NCBI GenBank assembly: GCA_964188305.1
Contig: OZ076901.1
DNA length: 64,000 bases
Direction: 5' to 3' (one strand)
Origin: Podarcis bocagei
Taxonomy: Eukaryota
Under the pieces are notes generated by a model, which was not told the DNA's origin, made no database searches, and worked only from the letters and a program-made list of their open reading frames with translations. This document shows positions 25,039-37,636 of this stretch, one piece after another. The position numbers were made by a program, and so were the translations under genes. The stretch's first letter is position 1, and each line of letters begins with the position of its first letter.

Positions 25039-26278
25039 CTTTAAGGCACCCATGAGAGCAAGAATATTTCCCAGTTAAGATCACCAGAGCAGCATTTAGA
25101 AAGAGACCTGAAGATATGTATTATAGCACTTGAATGATCCAATGCCAGATTTCTTTGTCCAAGGAGCAGCTGTTTGAGTTAAAAAAAACCTGTGACAAGC
25201 AGCTCCCTCTGTGATGCTGAGAACACCCATTCAGCTGTCAATACGGATCATCAATGACATTGTATAAATGCAACATCGACAGAACACCCCGTGCCAAGCC
25301 TCTATCGATCAAAGTGTGCAGGAGATTAATCTCATTGGCTCTTCAGGGTATCATATGACTTAGTCTATTAGTACAAGTGGGTCAAAGAAAAAGTAAGGTC
25401 AGCGATGTAGTGCACAGACAGAGAATGACAAAGCATGACCTTTCATTGTGAGAACTCGCTTACGATGCAGCCACATTTATTTCTCCCGGCCGATGGTTAA
25501 AAGCTCATCTTGCATATCCTTCCTTGTCCGCTATGGTTTGTATCAATCAAAATAAAACTCCAATGCAGTCCAAGTTCTTGCTTTAAAAGAAAAAAAAAAT
25601 AAGAAAAAGACAAAAGATATTCTACTTAGCACCTTCAAAACACATCACTTTTAACAATACGTGGACCATTAGCAATCAGCCTGCCATTCTGGTCCGTTTC
25701 ATAGAAAATCAAGAGGCAAAATAATTGAGTCAATAGGAATACAAAAGGGATTGCTTCTCCAGCCCTGTTCTTCTGTGACAGGGTTGAAAATGTAAAAGCT
25801 CAGGGAATCAAAAAGAAGAAAGGGAGAATTGATTTGATTCACTGCTTCAGCAGAGGCAGAAATTTAACACTGGGTTTTTTGTTTTGTTTTTTGCATGCTC
25901 TCCTATAAGGTGTTGCTTTTCTTTTTTTGGGGGGGGGAAGGAGGGAGAAGAGGGTTACACTAGAGACAGAAGGGAAAAACACCTTTGATCAGATTGAAGG
26001 CTTGAAACAAGAAAGGAGTTGGATATTTCTGCATTCAATCCAAGTTCAACATGGAAAGTTGCAGTTTCAGATTCCCAGATTGAATGTTTCATATAGTGGA
26101 TCTTGCTGTACTTGGGGCAGAGCTTAATGGCATCTGGCATGTTAGGATGCTCCCGGTGGCTGAGTGAAGTCTGATTAAACTGAAGAGAAGGGGAGTTCAT
26201 ACACTAGGGGTGGAAAAATTTGCCTGGTCCACATTGTTAAGCAAACTGACCAAATTTATGCTTCCCTAACTAATACAT

Positions 26279-26703
26279 CCAGTAGTGATGTATGGAAGTG
26301 AGAGCTGGACCATAAAGAAGGCTGATCACCGAAGAATTGATGCTTTTGAATTCTGGTGCTGGAGGAGACTCTTGAGAGTCCCATGGACTGCAAGGAGATC
26401 AGACCTATCCATTCTTAAGGAAATCAGCCCTGAGTGCTCACTGGAAGGACAGATCGTGAAGCTGAGGCTCCAATACTTTGGCCACCTAATGAGAAGAGAA
26501 GCCTCCCTGGAAAAGACTCTGATGTTAGGAAAGATTGAGGGCACAAGGAGAAGGGGACAACAGAGGACGAGATGGTTGGACAGTGTTCTTGAAGCTACCA
26601 GCATTAGTTTGACCAAACTGCAGGAGGCAGTGGAAGACAGGAGTGCCTGGTGTGCTCTGGTCCATGGGGTCACGAAGAGTCGGACACGACTAAACAACAA
26701 CAA
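26279..26703 (+). mobile_element. BovB (RTE-clade) LINE, 5'-truncated 3' end
   Basis: Open frame YGSESWTIKKADHRRIDAFEFWCWRRLLRVPWTARRS...RLQYFGHLMRR...TLMLGKIEG, terminal GAGTCGGACACGACT and a (CAA)n tail. Confidence 0.95.
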
Positions 26704-26905
26704 CTAGCACATGGTCCAGAACATGATTTCAGACTTCTCTGAACTTTGCAGTACAGTTTTCAACTAAATGACTATCAAAACACATTAAATATACATATTT
26801 TATGGAAACTTTTAAAAGGAAAAAATATGTTTAGAAATGCAGGCACTGTGATAAAGATGGTATTCAACTAAATTTTACATATTGAAATTAATGGGCCTAA
26901 CTTAG

Positions 26906-27070
26906 GACTCAGCTACACAGCTGCAAATAAAACATTTTAAATGTGTTGTAAAGTGCAATACACAAATGTGACACTAGATGGTGAAAGTGAACTATGCAAA
27001 ATTCAATGTATTTTTTAAAACGTTTTTAAAAAAAAGCATTTTCACATGTGAATATGTGTGTAAATTCCAC
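26906..27070 (+). mobile_element. AT-rich MITE (GACTCAGCTACACAGCTGC end) nested in a palindromic GGTATTCAACTAA element
   Basis: Reverse-complement homologue at 31807-31974. Confidence 0.7.
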
Positions 27071-28096
27071 ATTAGTTGTGGTCATTCAGTGGGTGTACTC
27101 TGAATAAAATTTAATTGCATACCACCCACAATATACATTTCAATACGTATATTCTAGTAAAATATATATTTAAATACAAATCTTCAGTTCGTTGTTGTTT
27201 TTTTTAAATGCAGATTAATGCAGAAATTGGAACAGGCTTGTGAATGAACCATATGCAAAATTTGCAGAGACTGATCTGTCTATCCCTGTTCGTAACAAAA
27301 ACTCTGTCAAGCCAAGCAGGGGGAAAAGCAAACATCCTTGGTCTTAGTCCTTCACCATTGAATGTTAGAGACCTTCTGCTAGAGACTGCAATCTGAAATT
27401 TTTGGTCAACCTCCTGAGATCTGGCAATACTAACCTTTAAAAGAGATTTTAGCTCCTGTGCTCTGGAGTCTGCATTCAACAGGAGTGAGTGACTGGCAGT
27501 GCCTTGAGAGACATTTTCCTCCCTGCTATAAGAGGCAGCATCACCCAACCCAGGTGTTTGCAGGGGTGTATGGTGCGGACAGATTGGCTGGAGACAGACA
27601 ACAGTTCCCAAAGAAAACTTAATGTCTTTGGGATAAGGCTTTGCTTTACACGGTGGACACGAGCCCCAGTTATGGAACAGCCTTCCCAGGTAATTTCACC
27701 TGGTACCATCTTTTGTGCTCTTTTTGGCTCCAGGTGAAGATCGCTCTGGTCACACCTAGGCCTGATGAAGTCTGCGCCTTTCAGTTATTAAATTTGTGTT
27801 TTAACTGTGGAGGCACAACGTCTCTGGTTTTTGCTGCATTTTATGTTCTTTTTGTATTTATATGGCTTTCTTACTCATTGCAAGCTGCCTAGAGAATTTA
27901 AGAGGTAGAATACAGAGGCTGTAAATAAAATACTGAAAAATTGTTCAGGTCCTAAAGTTTCACCTCCAATCAAATATGTTTGAAAGGTTTTTGAAGGAAT
28001 ACAAAAAGACTTGTTTGGCCAATAGCAAAGACTATGCAAATAATTATAGTGATTATCATCATCATCATCATCACTCTCTTCTGCTGAAAGTACCTA

Positions 28097-28350
28097 AATG
28101 ATATTGCAGATTTCAAAAAGGTGTAACAGAGTACAACCAAAATTATTAGGGAGCTGGATCAACTTTTCTAGCGGTAGTTGGAGGGTTGAAGGTGACAAGA
28201 GAAGGGGGTATGATAATAGGTTTATAAAAGTATCTATGGTGTGAGGAGAAAGTGGGTGGAGAGAATATTTCCCTCCCTCTCCCATAGCCCTAAAACTGGG
28301 GTCATCCAATGAAATGGATGGGCAGGAAGTTCAAGACGGTCGGGAGGAGC
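28097..28350 (+). mobile_element. Degenerate CR1 ORF2 fragment
   Basis: CR1-like segments CAACCAAAATTATTAGGGAGCTGGA and GGGGTCATCCAATGAAAT...GGAAGTTCAAGAC. Confidence 0.55.
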
Positions 28351-28502
28351 TATTTAACCGAAGTGTTTCTGCATTACAACTCCTATCATCCTTACCAGCT
28401 AGGGCTGATGGGAGCTTAGTCCAGAACATATGGATGGCCACAGGTTTCCCACCCCTGACATAAGTGTGCAATTCATTTAGGCTGCCTTAAAGGTACAGGT
28501 AG

Positions 28503-28863
28503 GGGACGCGGGTGGCGCTGTGGGTAAAACCTCAGCGCCTAGGACTTGCCGATCGCATGGTCGGCGGTTCGAATCCCCGCGGCGGGGTGCACTCCTGTTG
28601 CTCGGTCCCAGCGCCTGCCAACCTAGCAGTTCGAAAGCACCCCCGGGTGCAAGTAGATAAATAGGGACCACTTACTAGCGGGAAGGTAAACGGCGTTTCC
28701 GTGTGCGGCTCTGGCTCGCCAGAGTAGCTTCGTCACGCTGGCCACGTGACCCAGAAGTGTCTGCGGACAGCGCTGGCTCCCGGCTTCTAGAGTGAGATGG
28801 GTGCACAACCCTAGAGTCTGTCAAGACTGGCCCGTATGGGCAGGGGTACCTTTATCTTTACCT
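28503..28863 (+). mobile_element. Full-length Sauria SINE
   Basis: Intact head, B box and ACCTTT tail. 16-bp TSD TTAAAGGTACAGGTAG at 28487-28502 and 28864-28879. Confidence 0.95.
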
Positions 28864-29213
28864 TTAAAGGTACAGGTAGCTGCTAGCTTATAGCTTTTAA
28901 AGAACAGTAGCAATTTCAAAGAAGGGGGGGGGATCTATCAATGGCTGCCAGTCACGATATCTATAAGGAACTTCCATGGCAAGATGTAGTGCACCACTGG
29001 TTATCAGCTGCTGGGAGAAACTGCTGCTCCTGCCCCCTCTTTGTGGGCTTCCCTAGAACCATATGGTGGGCCACACTGGAAACAGGATACTGGACTAGAT
29101 GGGCCATTGGTCTTATCCAATAAACAGGCTTTTCTCCCATTCTTATGGGCTATGGAGAGGGACTTCAGTGGGAGGAAGGTGTGAGTTATTGTCAGGAATA
29201 AGTAACTGTCATC

Positions 29214-29569
29214 AAGGTAAAGGTAAAGGGACCCCTGACCATTAGGTCCAGTCGTGACCGACTCTGGGGTTGCGGCGCTCATCTCGCTTTATTGGCTGAG
29301 GGAGCCGGCGTACAGCTTCCGGGTCATGTGGCCAGCATGACTAAGCCGCTTCCGGCGAACCAGAACAGCACACGGAAACGCCGTTTACCTTCCCGCCAGA
29401 GCGGTACCTATTTATCTACTTGCACTTTGACGTGCTTTCGAACTGCTAGGTTGGCAGGAGCAGGGACCGAGCAACGGGAGCTCACCCTGTTGCGGGGATT
29501 CGAACCACCGACCTTCTGATCCGCAAGTCCTAGGCTCTGTGGTTTAACCCACAGTGCCATCCGCGTCCC
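29214..29569 (-). mobile_element. Full-length Sauria SINE (second subfamily)
   Basis: 11-bp TSD GTAACTGTCAT at 29202-29212 and 29571-29581. Confidence 0.95.
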
Positions 29570-31049
29570 TGTAACTGTCATGACTGGGGACAATTACAGC
29601 ACTCCAATCCTCCCTATCTGGTCCTCCTCACAGGCCCACCCCTCTCTCCTTAGATGCTGGAATGTGTCCTTGATCTGTGACGGTGCCTCTTGCTGGGCTG
29701 GATGGAGAAGGGTGGGTCTGTTTTTGAATCGCTGGAATATATCCTACCATGCGAAGTTAAGAGTCACATCCACTGCTTGCCCATTTTCCCTCTGGCCCCC
29801 CACACAACTGGCATGTGGCCTCTGAAAGCTTGCCCACGAGGGAATGGGACCCCTAGGCTGAAAGTGCTCCCCACTCCTTGCCTTAGGTGATGTAGAGGTA
29901 ACAGTCAGTGCATGAAAATAAGAGGAAATTGTCAGGTTAGTAAGGTCTGTGAGCCCTGTGGAGCAATGTCTTTGGGAACCTTGGCCAAGTCACATTATCC
30001 CTGATTTTTTGCAGGGGGAGCAGGTTTCTGCATTGCCACTAAATTGCTGAAGGAGATGTGGAAGGCTTCTTTTGCAAACATCCCCTCCTAGCTGGGAATG
30101 CAACGGCTGCTGAGACCCTTTTAAGAGCATTAAGCTGTACATTCAGCAACACACAATAGCGCTTAAATTAAAGTTGGGGCGGTGGCGATGCCTTAAAGGC
30201 TGCCATTACATTCTTAATGAAGTCCGTATGCTCTCCGCTGACGCAGTGGGGACATTGAAATCCACTGCTGTGGCAGCTGATTTGATGTGTTGACGAACGA
30301 GCCACACTGCTATAATAAGAAGTGTTTATTTGAATAATAAGGTCAGGGAGTTAAGTAGTTGGCATTCCAGTCATATGAAGCCGTTTGCACAGTGTCACTA
30401 ATAATTAAAGCCTATAAAATGGGGGGGGGGGGAGCCCTTGTCTAAATGCTTTCCCCAAATATACTACACTATCTTGAAGAAACTCATCAGGGCAGCCAAG
30501 TGATCTTCGAGGCTTATTAATCGCTTCAGCTCCACAGCCAGGGCAAATTTATTTGCTTGAATTAGCATGTAATATACTTACAATAAAGCCGCCACAAGTC
30601 CCCACTTCAGAGATACAGTTTATTTAATAGGAAATTAGACCCAGGTATATATATAGCAGCAATACCTGTGTTGCTTACAAGGCCAAGCAATACCTTGCTG
30701 GGTTTCATGATACACTCGCTGAGTTGGTGTTTGGAGGGGGGGGAGAGAGAGAGACATGGGATGCAGGAAGTGCAATTCTACCACATGAGCTTTGGGAGGG
30801 GCTTTCTAATGCTGCTGTCAAGGCTGAGCCACAGGCAAGTGTTGTAGGTGATGTGATGAGCAAGGAAGGGGAAGAACCAAGAGGAAGACCCCCCAAGGGA
30901 TGCAATGGAACACACCAGAGCAAGGAATAAACGCTGTTACTCATGCCAAGTCTTAGGTGGTGGGAGGGATTCAACTGTGCACTGGAAATTTAGGTTTCTG
31001 CAATTAAAAGTGGAAGAAAGTGCTCTGCTGCAACAGAACCACCTAAAAG

Positions 31050-31168
31050 CAATGGCGTAGCGTGGGTTGTCAGCACCCGGGGCAGGGCAAGTAATTTGCA
31101 CCCCCTAACCCCCAGATGTTGCGCCCGGTGCGGCCGGCCCCCCCTGCACCACCCACGCTACGCCACTG
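31050..31168. mobile_element. 119-bp GC-rich hAT-type MITE
   Basis: TIR CA(A/G)TGGCGTAGCGTGGG and perfect 8-bp TSD CCTAAAAG. Confidence 0.9.
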
Positions 31169-31280
31169 CCTAAAAGCAAGCTGATGGTGGATTTTTTTGT
31201 GGTTAGGAAAGTGACTGGGAAATGCTCTAAAAATGAGCTAACCACTGTTTGACAGGATGAGGTATAACCTCCCTGTAAAC

Positions 31281-31531
31281 CAGGCATGGGCAACCTAAGG
31301 CCTGGAGGCTGGATCCGGCCCAATCGCCTTCTAAATCTGGCCCATGGACAGTCCAGGAATCAGTGTTTTTTACATGAGTAGAATGTGTGCTTTTATTTAA
31401 AATGCATCTCTGGGTTACTTCTGGGGCATAGGAATTCGTTCATCCCCCCCCCCAAAAAAAATAGTCTGACCCACCACATGGTCTGAGGGATGGTGGACTG
31501 GCCCATGGCTGAAAAAGGTTTCTGAGCCCTG
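31281..31531 (+). mobile_element. hAT-type MITE (about 250 bp)
   Basis: CAGG...CCTG ends, 8-bp TSD CTGTAAAC. Second copy at 59668-59897. Confidence 0.9.
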
Positions 31532-31806
31532 CTGTAAACCAATCAGAATGAAAGCTCAATTAAAAGTGGACATAATATAGCCTCTATGCAAGCTTTGCAC
31601 AAGCAAATCAGGATAAATTTTCAACAAACAGGTTGTCTGGGGGAGCCATTAACCTGCAACACTTCCTGTCTAGGACAGCTGAATGGCCAGCCTGAGTTGG
31701 CAGGATTAGTCCACAGCCAGACAATTCTTGACTGCGTGGGGGAATGTTGTGCAAAAATGCCTTACCCTCCATGGATGTGTCTAAACTGCTTTTAAAGTCA
31801 TCCAAA

Positions 31807-31974
31807 GTGGCATCTACACACATGTAAAAAAAGTTCTGAAAATGCTTTTTGTAAAGGCGTTTTAAAAAATATAGTAATTTTCCATAAGGCTCACTATCGC
31901 CATCTATTGTCACAATTGTATATTGCACTTAAAGCAAACTTAAAACGTTTTATTTGCAGCTGTATAGCTGAGTC
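31807..31974 (-). mobile_element. AT-rich MITE, same family as 26906-27070
   Basis: Ends TTTTATTTGCAGCTGTATAGCTGAGTC, the reverse complement of the start of the other copy. Confidence 0.7.
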
Positions 31975-31979
31975 ACAAG

Positions 31980-32215
31980 TCAATTGGCAGCCATCATGGC
32001 CTCTTGTGGGAACGAATTCCACAATTTAACTGTGTGCTATGTGAAGAAGTATTTTCTCTTGCCTGTCCTGAACTTTCCAAAATTCAGCCAAGTTCTAGTA
32101 TTATGACATAGGAAGAAAAAAACTATATCCTTTTTCTCCACACTCTGCATCATTTTATACACCTTTGCCATACCCCGCTCTCTTACTTGTCTTTCCTCTG
32201 AACTAAAAAATCCTC
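31980..32215 (-). mobile_element. Degenerate CR1 3' fragment
   Basis: GAATTCCACAATTTAACTGTGTGC...TGTCCTGAAC...TTCTCCACAC pattern typical of CR1 minus strand. Confidence 0.6.
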
Positions 32216-34546
32216 CAGTGGTCCTTTTGCAATAACATCAGGAAGCAAGCTGAGGATGCTGTCAGATGGTGCCGAGTTGGGAGAGAGGTAGCACTGTGTT
32301 CTTCACAACATACAAAGCCAAGACAGAAGAACATATTGGCTTGGGGGAGAACCAGGAGCTGCAAAGCCATTGCAAAAACGGGAACAAGTGATTTGAGAGG
32401 AAGAGCAATATCCTTACCATTCAAAATCTGCCAGGGCCAGCAGGGGCCAATAGAAGGGCGAAGCCTGGCAATAGGATGGGAGACAGTGATGCATAGTCTG
32501 CACCTGTGCAAGAGGGACTGATTTGCTTTGGTTCCATATAGCAGGCCGTTTCTTGCACATAATACACCCTCTCCCACGTCTTCCCAATCTTCAAACTGCA
32601 GGCGGTGGCTGAACAAGGACAGACATCACACAAGACGGCAAAGTTCACCCTGACAGGGAAGAGTTCACTGGCACCACTCTCTCTTCTCAAACTTTATTAT
32701 TCACAGTCTGAGCAGCAAATAATTCCTCTGTTCTTTTCTCCCGCTACTCAGCCACCCCCTGATTCTTTTCCTCCTTTGCCAAAGCTGTTCTCTATTATAG
32801 GAGGGCACAGGCATGCGCCAGAAGTGTCAGAGGCGTTAGACAAGGTATTAAGGAGGTGTCAATGGTAGAATAGCAGGGATTACAGGAAAGTCTAAATAAT
32901 GTGTAAAATAAAACCAAAAAGGTGATAAAGTCGTTTGATAAGAAAGGCTGGAGAGAATAAAAAAAGGGGAGTGCAATTATTTTTTCATTTCGATTGTTCA
33001 GGCTGAAAAGCACTTTTGCGACTTAAGTGGCATTTCTTTCTCCTCCACCACCTCTTTCGGTGCATCATATTCCTCAATAATCACGTTATGGTTGCCAGCA
33101 TTTTCGCAGCACACAAAAAAGCAGGGCGGGGGGAGAGGGAGAACAGCAAGACCACTTCACACAAATAATCCTCTTCGCATCTGAGCCGGCCCCATTGTGC
33201 TTTGCATCCCCAACAACATTTCGCACCGAGTCCAGCTTTGCAACCATCGCCAGCATTTTCGCAAGTTGGAATTAATAGCATGACACCCTTCCCTTTTCAA
33301 GGACTAGCAGGGGAGGAAGAAGGGGTCCCGCTATAGGTGGAACTGGCTCCCTTCATAAACTTAAGGCCTTTCCAATGCGAAGAGTGTGTTTATGTGCAAG
33401 GAATGTACAGCTTCTGCTCATACCTCGTAGATCAGCTCCTCCAACTGATCCTGCCCACTTGCTAATCAACATCAACAGAGGCCATCCTGTCAGTTCCAAA
33501 CCCACATTTTGTTATAATAACAGAGAGAACCATTTCTGCCACACCCAAATTTTGGAAGTCTCTATCTAAAGAGATATTCATCTTGCCCCCTCCTTGTTGG
33601 TCATCCATTGCAGCTTCAAAACCTTCCTATTTAGAAAGGCCTTTGATTTTTAGAGACTGGGTTTTATCGCTTGACTACCATAGCAATATTATTTATTTCT
33701 TTAAGAATGGTATTTCATATAGATTATATGCAATCCTTCTGTTGGTGCTTCCCCCCCCCCTTTTTAAAATCCGGTTATTGTTGCGTTTTATATGACATTT
33801 CTTATTGCAACATTTAAAAGTTGTTTGATTGCCGGATTTCACTGTATTCTGTTCTTTTTTATAGATTGCTATTTGAGTGCATTTGATTATACTTGCAAAC
33901 TGCATTGAGCTGTATGAGAAAAGGCAGGGGATAATTTTTTGTGTGATAAAGGGGCATCCTGGGGAAGTCTCTTTGAAGTGTAGGATGATATACACACAGT
34001 ATGTTAATGTGTATATGTGCACGAATGTATTCAGTCATCTTTCCACAAGATAGTGTGAAGATACATTTTTTCCGGCGCTCAAATGACAATATTTTGTCCC
34101 TAAGAAAAACCAATTCTCCCCCAAGCCAAAGCATGCATCAGATTTTGCCACAATCAGGCACACTAGATTTATTCAAGAAGACCCCACCAAGTGATATCTC
34201 TCCAGACTCACTCTGACTTCCTGAGTCCTGTCAGTACACCCAGTAAGCTGTGAGCAGCATCTGAAACCAGATTACACAAGTGTCCTGGGCGTGCACTGGA
34301 CGGTGTTTATGACATCACTAGCAGTGCTGAGCCATAAGAAGCGCCCCACGCAATCAGGCCAATGGCCCGTCAACACCCTGTTCTCACAGTGGCCAAACAG
34401 ATGCCTTTGGGAAGCACAACAGCACTCTCCCCTCCTGCAGTTTCCAACACCTGGCATTCAGAGACATACTGCCTCTTACAGAAGAGGTATATAACACGGC
34501 CAGCATGACTAGTAGCTGTTGATAGCTTTATCCCAAAAGATAACAC

Positions 34547-34917
34547 ATAGAATCATAGAATAGAATCATAGAATCATAGAGTTGGAAAAGACCACAAGGG
34601 CCATCGAGTCCAACCCCCTGCCAAGCAGGAAACACCATCAGAGCACTCCTGACATATGGTTGTCAAGCCTCTGCTTAAAGACCTCCAAAGTAGGAGACTC
34701 CACCTCACTCCTTGGCAGCAAATTCCACTGTCGAACAGCTCTTTCTGTCAGGAAGTTCTTCCTAATGTTTAGGTGGAATCTTCTTTCTTGTAGTTTGGCT
34801 CCATTGCTCCGTGTCCGCTTCTCTGGAGCAGCAGAAAACAACCTTTCTCCCTCCTCTATGTGACATCCTTTTATATATTTGAACATGGCTATCATATCAC
34901 CCCTTAACCTCCTCTTC
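34547..34917 (-). mobile_element. Young CR1 LINE 3' end
   Basis: Open frame FKYIKGCH...RTRSNGAKL...NIRKNFLTERAVRQWNLLP, (ATTCTATG)n-type tail, and 6-bp TSD TAACAC at 34541-34546 and 34918-34923. Confidence 0.93.
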
Positions 34918-35437
34918 TAACACGAGGAAAAGTTCTAACGGAACGCTTATTACTTGACGTTTTATTCTCACAACAATCCTGCGAGGTGGACTCTGTCTTG
35001 TCCTCTGAGCCCCAGCATTTAATTCATAGGGTGCACCAGTCACCCCACTCAAGGGGGAGCCCTCAGTACCGTCTTTTACATTGTCCCAGCCTATGTATGT
35101 GGGTCTGCTGCCATCCACAGAGCCTGAGGACGATTTCTCTGCAACATCTTCCATTCTACCCTACTGAGGAGCATGTGACTGCAGACCAGATTACTGGTCC
35201 TATAAAATTGGCAAGCAGGGATAGGCAGGCTTTTGCTGAAACATCTTTCCAAATTCAGCTAGCAAGACTCGTTGGGAACTGTTCAGGTTCCTGATTTATC
35301 TTGTCTTGTACCTGCCCTGTGAGCCGTAAGCCTCGGCAGGTTAAGGTGCGAGGGGTGACTGGTCCTAGGTCAGTGAGCCACATGACTGAGCAGTGACTGA
35401 ACCTGGGACTTCACAGTTCTGGTCTGACACTCTACGA

Positions 35438-35575
35438 CAACCTTTCTCAACCTGTGGGTCCCCAGATGTTGTTGAACTGCAACTCCCATCACCCCTAGCT
35501 AGCAAAGCCAAAGCTCAGGGATGATGGGAGTTGTAGTCCAACAACATCTGGGGACCCACAGGTTGAGAACCACTG
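35438..35575. mobile_element. Palindromic hAT-type MITE
   Basis: Long inverted repeat TTCTCAACCTGTGGGTCCCCAGATGTTG...CAACATCTGGGGACCCACAGGTTGAGAA. Confidence 0.85.
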
Positions 35576-35717
35576 CAAGTGTTACATCACAATGGCTCTG
35601 TTTGCATGTCACAGTAAACCATAGTTAATGGGAAAATGACAAAGCATCTTACGGCACCTAAATAATAGCAAATTATTGTGGCATAAGCTTTTGTAGACCG
35701 CACTCCATCAAACACAT

Positions 35718-35822
35718 GTTTAGGGAAGCTTTTAATGTTTGATGCATTACTTTATTTTAATATTGTGTTGGAAGCTGCCCAGAGTGGCGGGAAAACCCAG
35801 CCAGATGGGCGGGGTATACATA

Positions 35823-35870
<48 letters not shown>
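35718..35870 (+). mobile_element. L2 3' UTR fragment with (ATT)n tail
   Basis: Matches 12133-12240. Confidence 0.85.
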
Positions 35871-37126
35871 CCTAAGTTCCATGTATATCTGTCTACACAT
35901 TGGTTGCTGTTGCTGATGGGGATTGCAAATGCTGGGATCAAAAGAAAGGGAAATGAAGCAAGGTGCTGATAACAATAATTGCATTATTAAATATGGAGGC
36001 TACAAACACACAGAGAGCTGTTGATAACCAAGATATACAAGGGTGAGACACTTAGCACAGGAAGTATAAATCTAAAAACCTTGTCCCTATTCAAGTTAGA
36101 ACACAGGTGGAACACACAGGGGAGCAACAAACCATGGTCCCTGGCTCAGAATTATGTCCAAACTAGCATTGTGGTTTGTTTAACTCCAAATACAGAACAA
36201 AGTGTGTCTTTTTAATGTTTGTGCTTTGGCTTCTAGAGACCCACATTATTTTTCCTTGTCCTTCAAATGGCTTAAACCAGTCTTTCGCAACCTGCTGCCC
36301 TCCAGCTGCCTTGTACCCTGGAGGGTGCCAGGTTGAGAAAGGCTGTCTTAAGCATTGAATGTAAGTGAAGGTAAAGTAAATACGGCATTACAAATTAGGG
36401 AGGGGTTTTTTTTCTTCCCCGGTGTTGGTGGGAGGTATTATTCCAATGACTTCCTCAGGTATAAAACACAAGGGATGAATCAAACGAGAGGATGTGAAGA
36501 GTTGTGTATGTTCCTGGGAGGGAGAAAAAGGAACTATTAATGCTCCTGAGTTATCTAGATGGCTTCAAGAGCCCATCACTGATCCATCTACAATCTTCAC
36601 ATATTCCACAGAGACACTTGACCTTCAATTAAAGCGAAATACTGCTTATTTGCCGCACCTTGCAGATACTGGCGTTGAAAGATTAACAAGTGAACCACAA
36701 TTATAAAACCAAGCGCTCTGACGCACAAGAGGGCACTGCAATCAGATAAGGAACTTGTTGAAGCCCTGCTTTCCTAGAGTCTCACGGCAGTCAGTCTCTC
36801 CACACACATGAATGAGAAAGGGAAACCTGTGGGCATTCTCTTTCAGCACATGACTCTGCTTGCCCTGAGCACAGCTACATAAACTTGCCATAGGATAAGT
36901 AAAGATGTGCTGATCTGAAACCACTGGGGGAAGACACATTAAAGGCTGTCGTCTCCTAGAGCAGCGGCACAGAAATCTTTTTCAGCCCGTAGGCAGCTTT
37001 CCCTTGAAGAACCTCCCAGGGGTCACCTGCCAGTGGTGAGCAGGGCCTGAGGCAAAAGTGGCCAGAGCCAAGAATATGTTACCACTGTACAGTAGGCTAG
37101 TGTCTGCACACTCCTCTCTATCAAAA

Positions 37127-37506
37127 GGGACGCAGGTGGCACTGTGGTCTAAACCACTGAGCCTCTTGGGCTTGGCTGATCGGAGGGTCGGCGGTTCAAA
37201 TCCGCATGACGGGGTGAGCTCCTGTTGCTCTGTCCCAGCTTCTGCCAACCTAGCAGTTCGAAAGCATACCTGCGCAAGTAGATAAATAGGTACTACTGCG
37301 GTGGGAAGGTAAATGGCGTTTCTGTGTGCTCTGGTTTCCGTCACAGTGTTCCATTGCACCAGAAGTGGTTTAGACATGCTGGCCACAGGACCCGGAAAGC
37401 TGTCTGTGGACAAACACCGGCTCCCTCAGCCTGAAGTGAGATGAGCACCATAACCCCATAGTCGCCTTTGACTGGACATAACCGTCCGGGGGTCATTTAC
37501 CTTTAC
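37127..37506 (+). mobile_element. Sauria SINE (older/third subfamily)
   Basis: Head GGGACGCAGGTGGC, TTTACCTTTAC tail and partial TSD CTCTATC. Confidence 0.9.
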
Positions 37507-37636
37507 CCCTCTATCCAAGAGCTAGAGGACTGACTCTTTCTAGCAGTGGCATCTGGTAGCCCCCGACCTGGAAGGGTGGCATGGCCAATTAAGCCACAGA
37601 GGTGTGGTCAAGAAGGTGGCTGAGTTATCACTCTCA

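Noticed and set aside
26285-26707. 140-aa ORF as a host gene
   Set aside because: It is the BovB C-terminal fragment, 5'-truncated.
34638-34895. 85-aa ORF
   Set aside because: It is the CR1 ORF2 C-terminus within a TSD-flanked truncated insertion.
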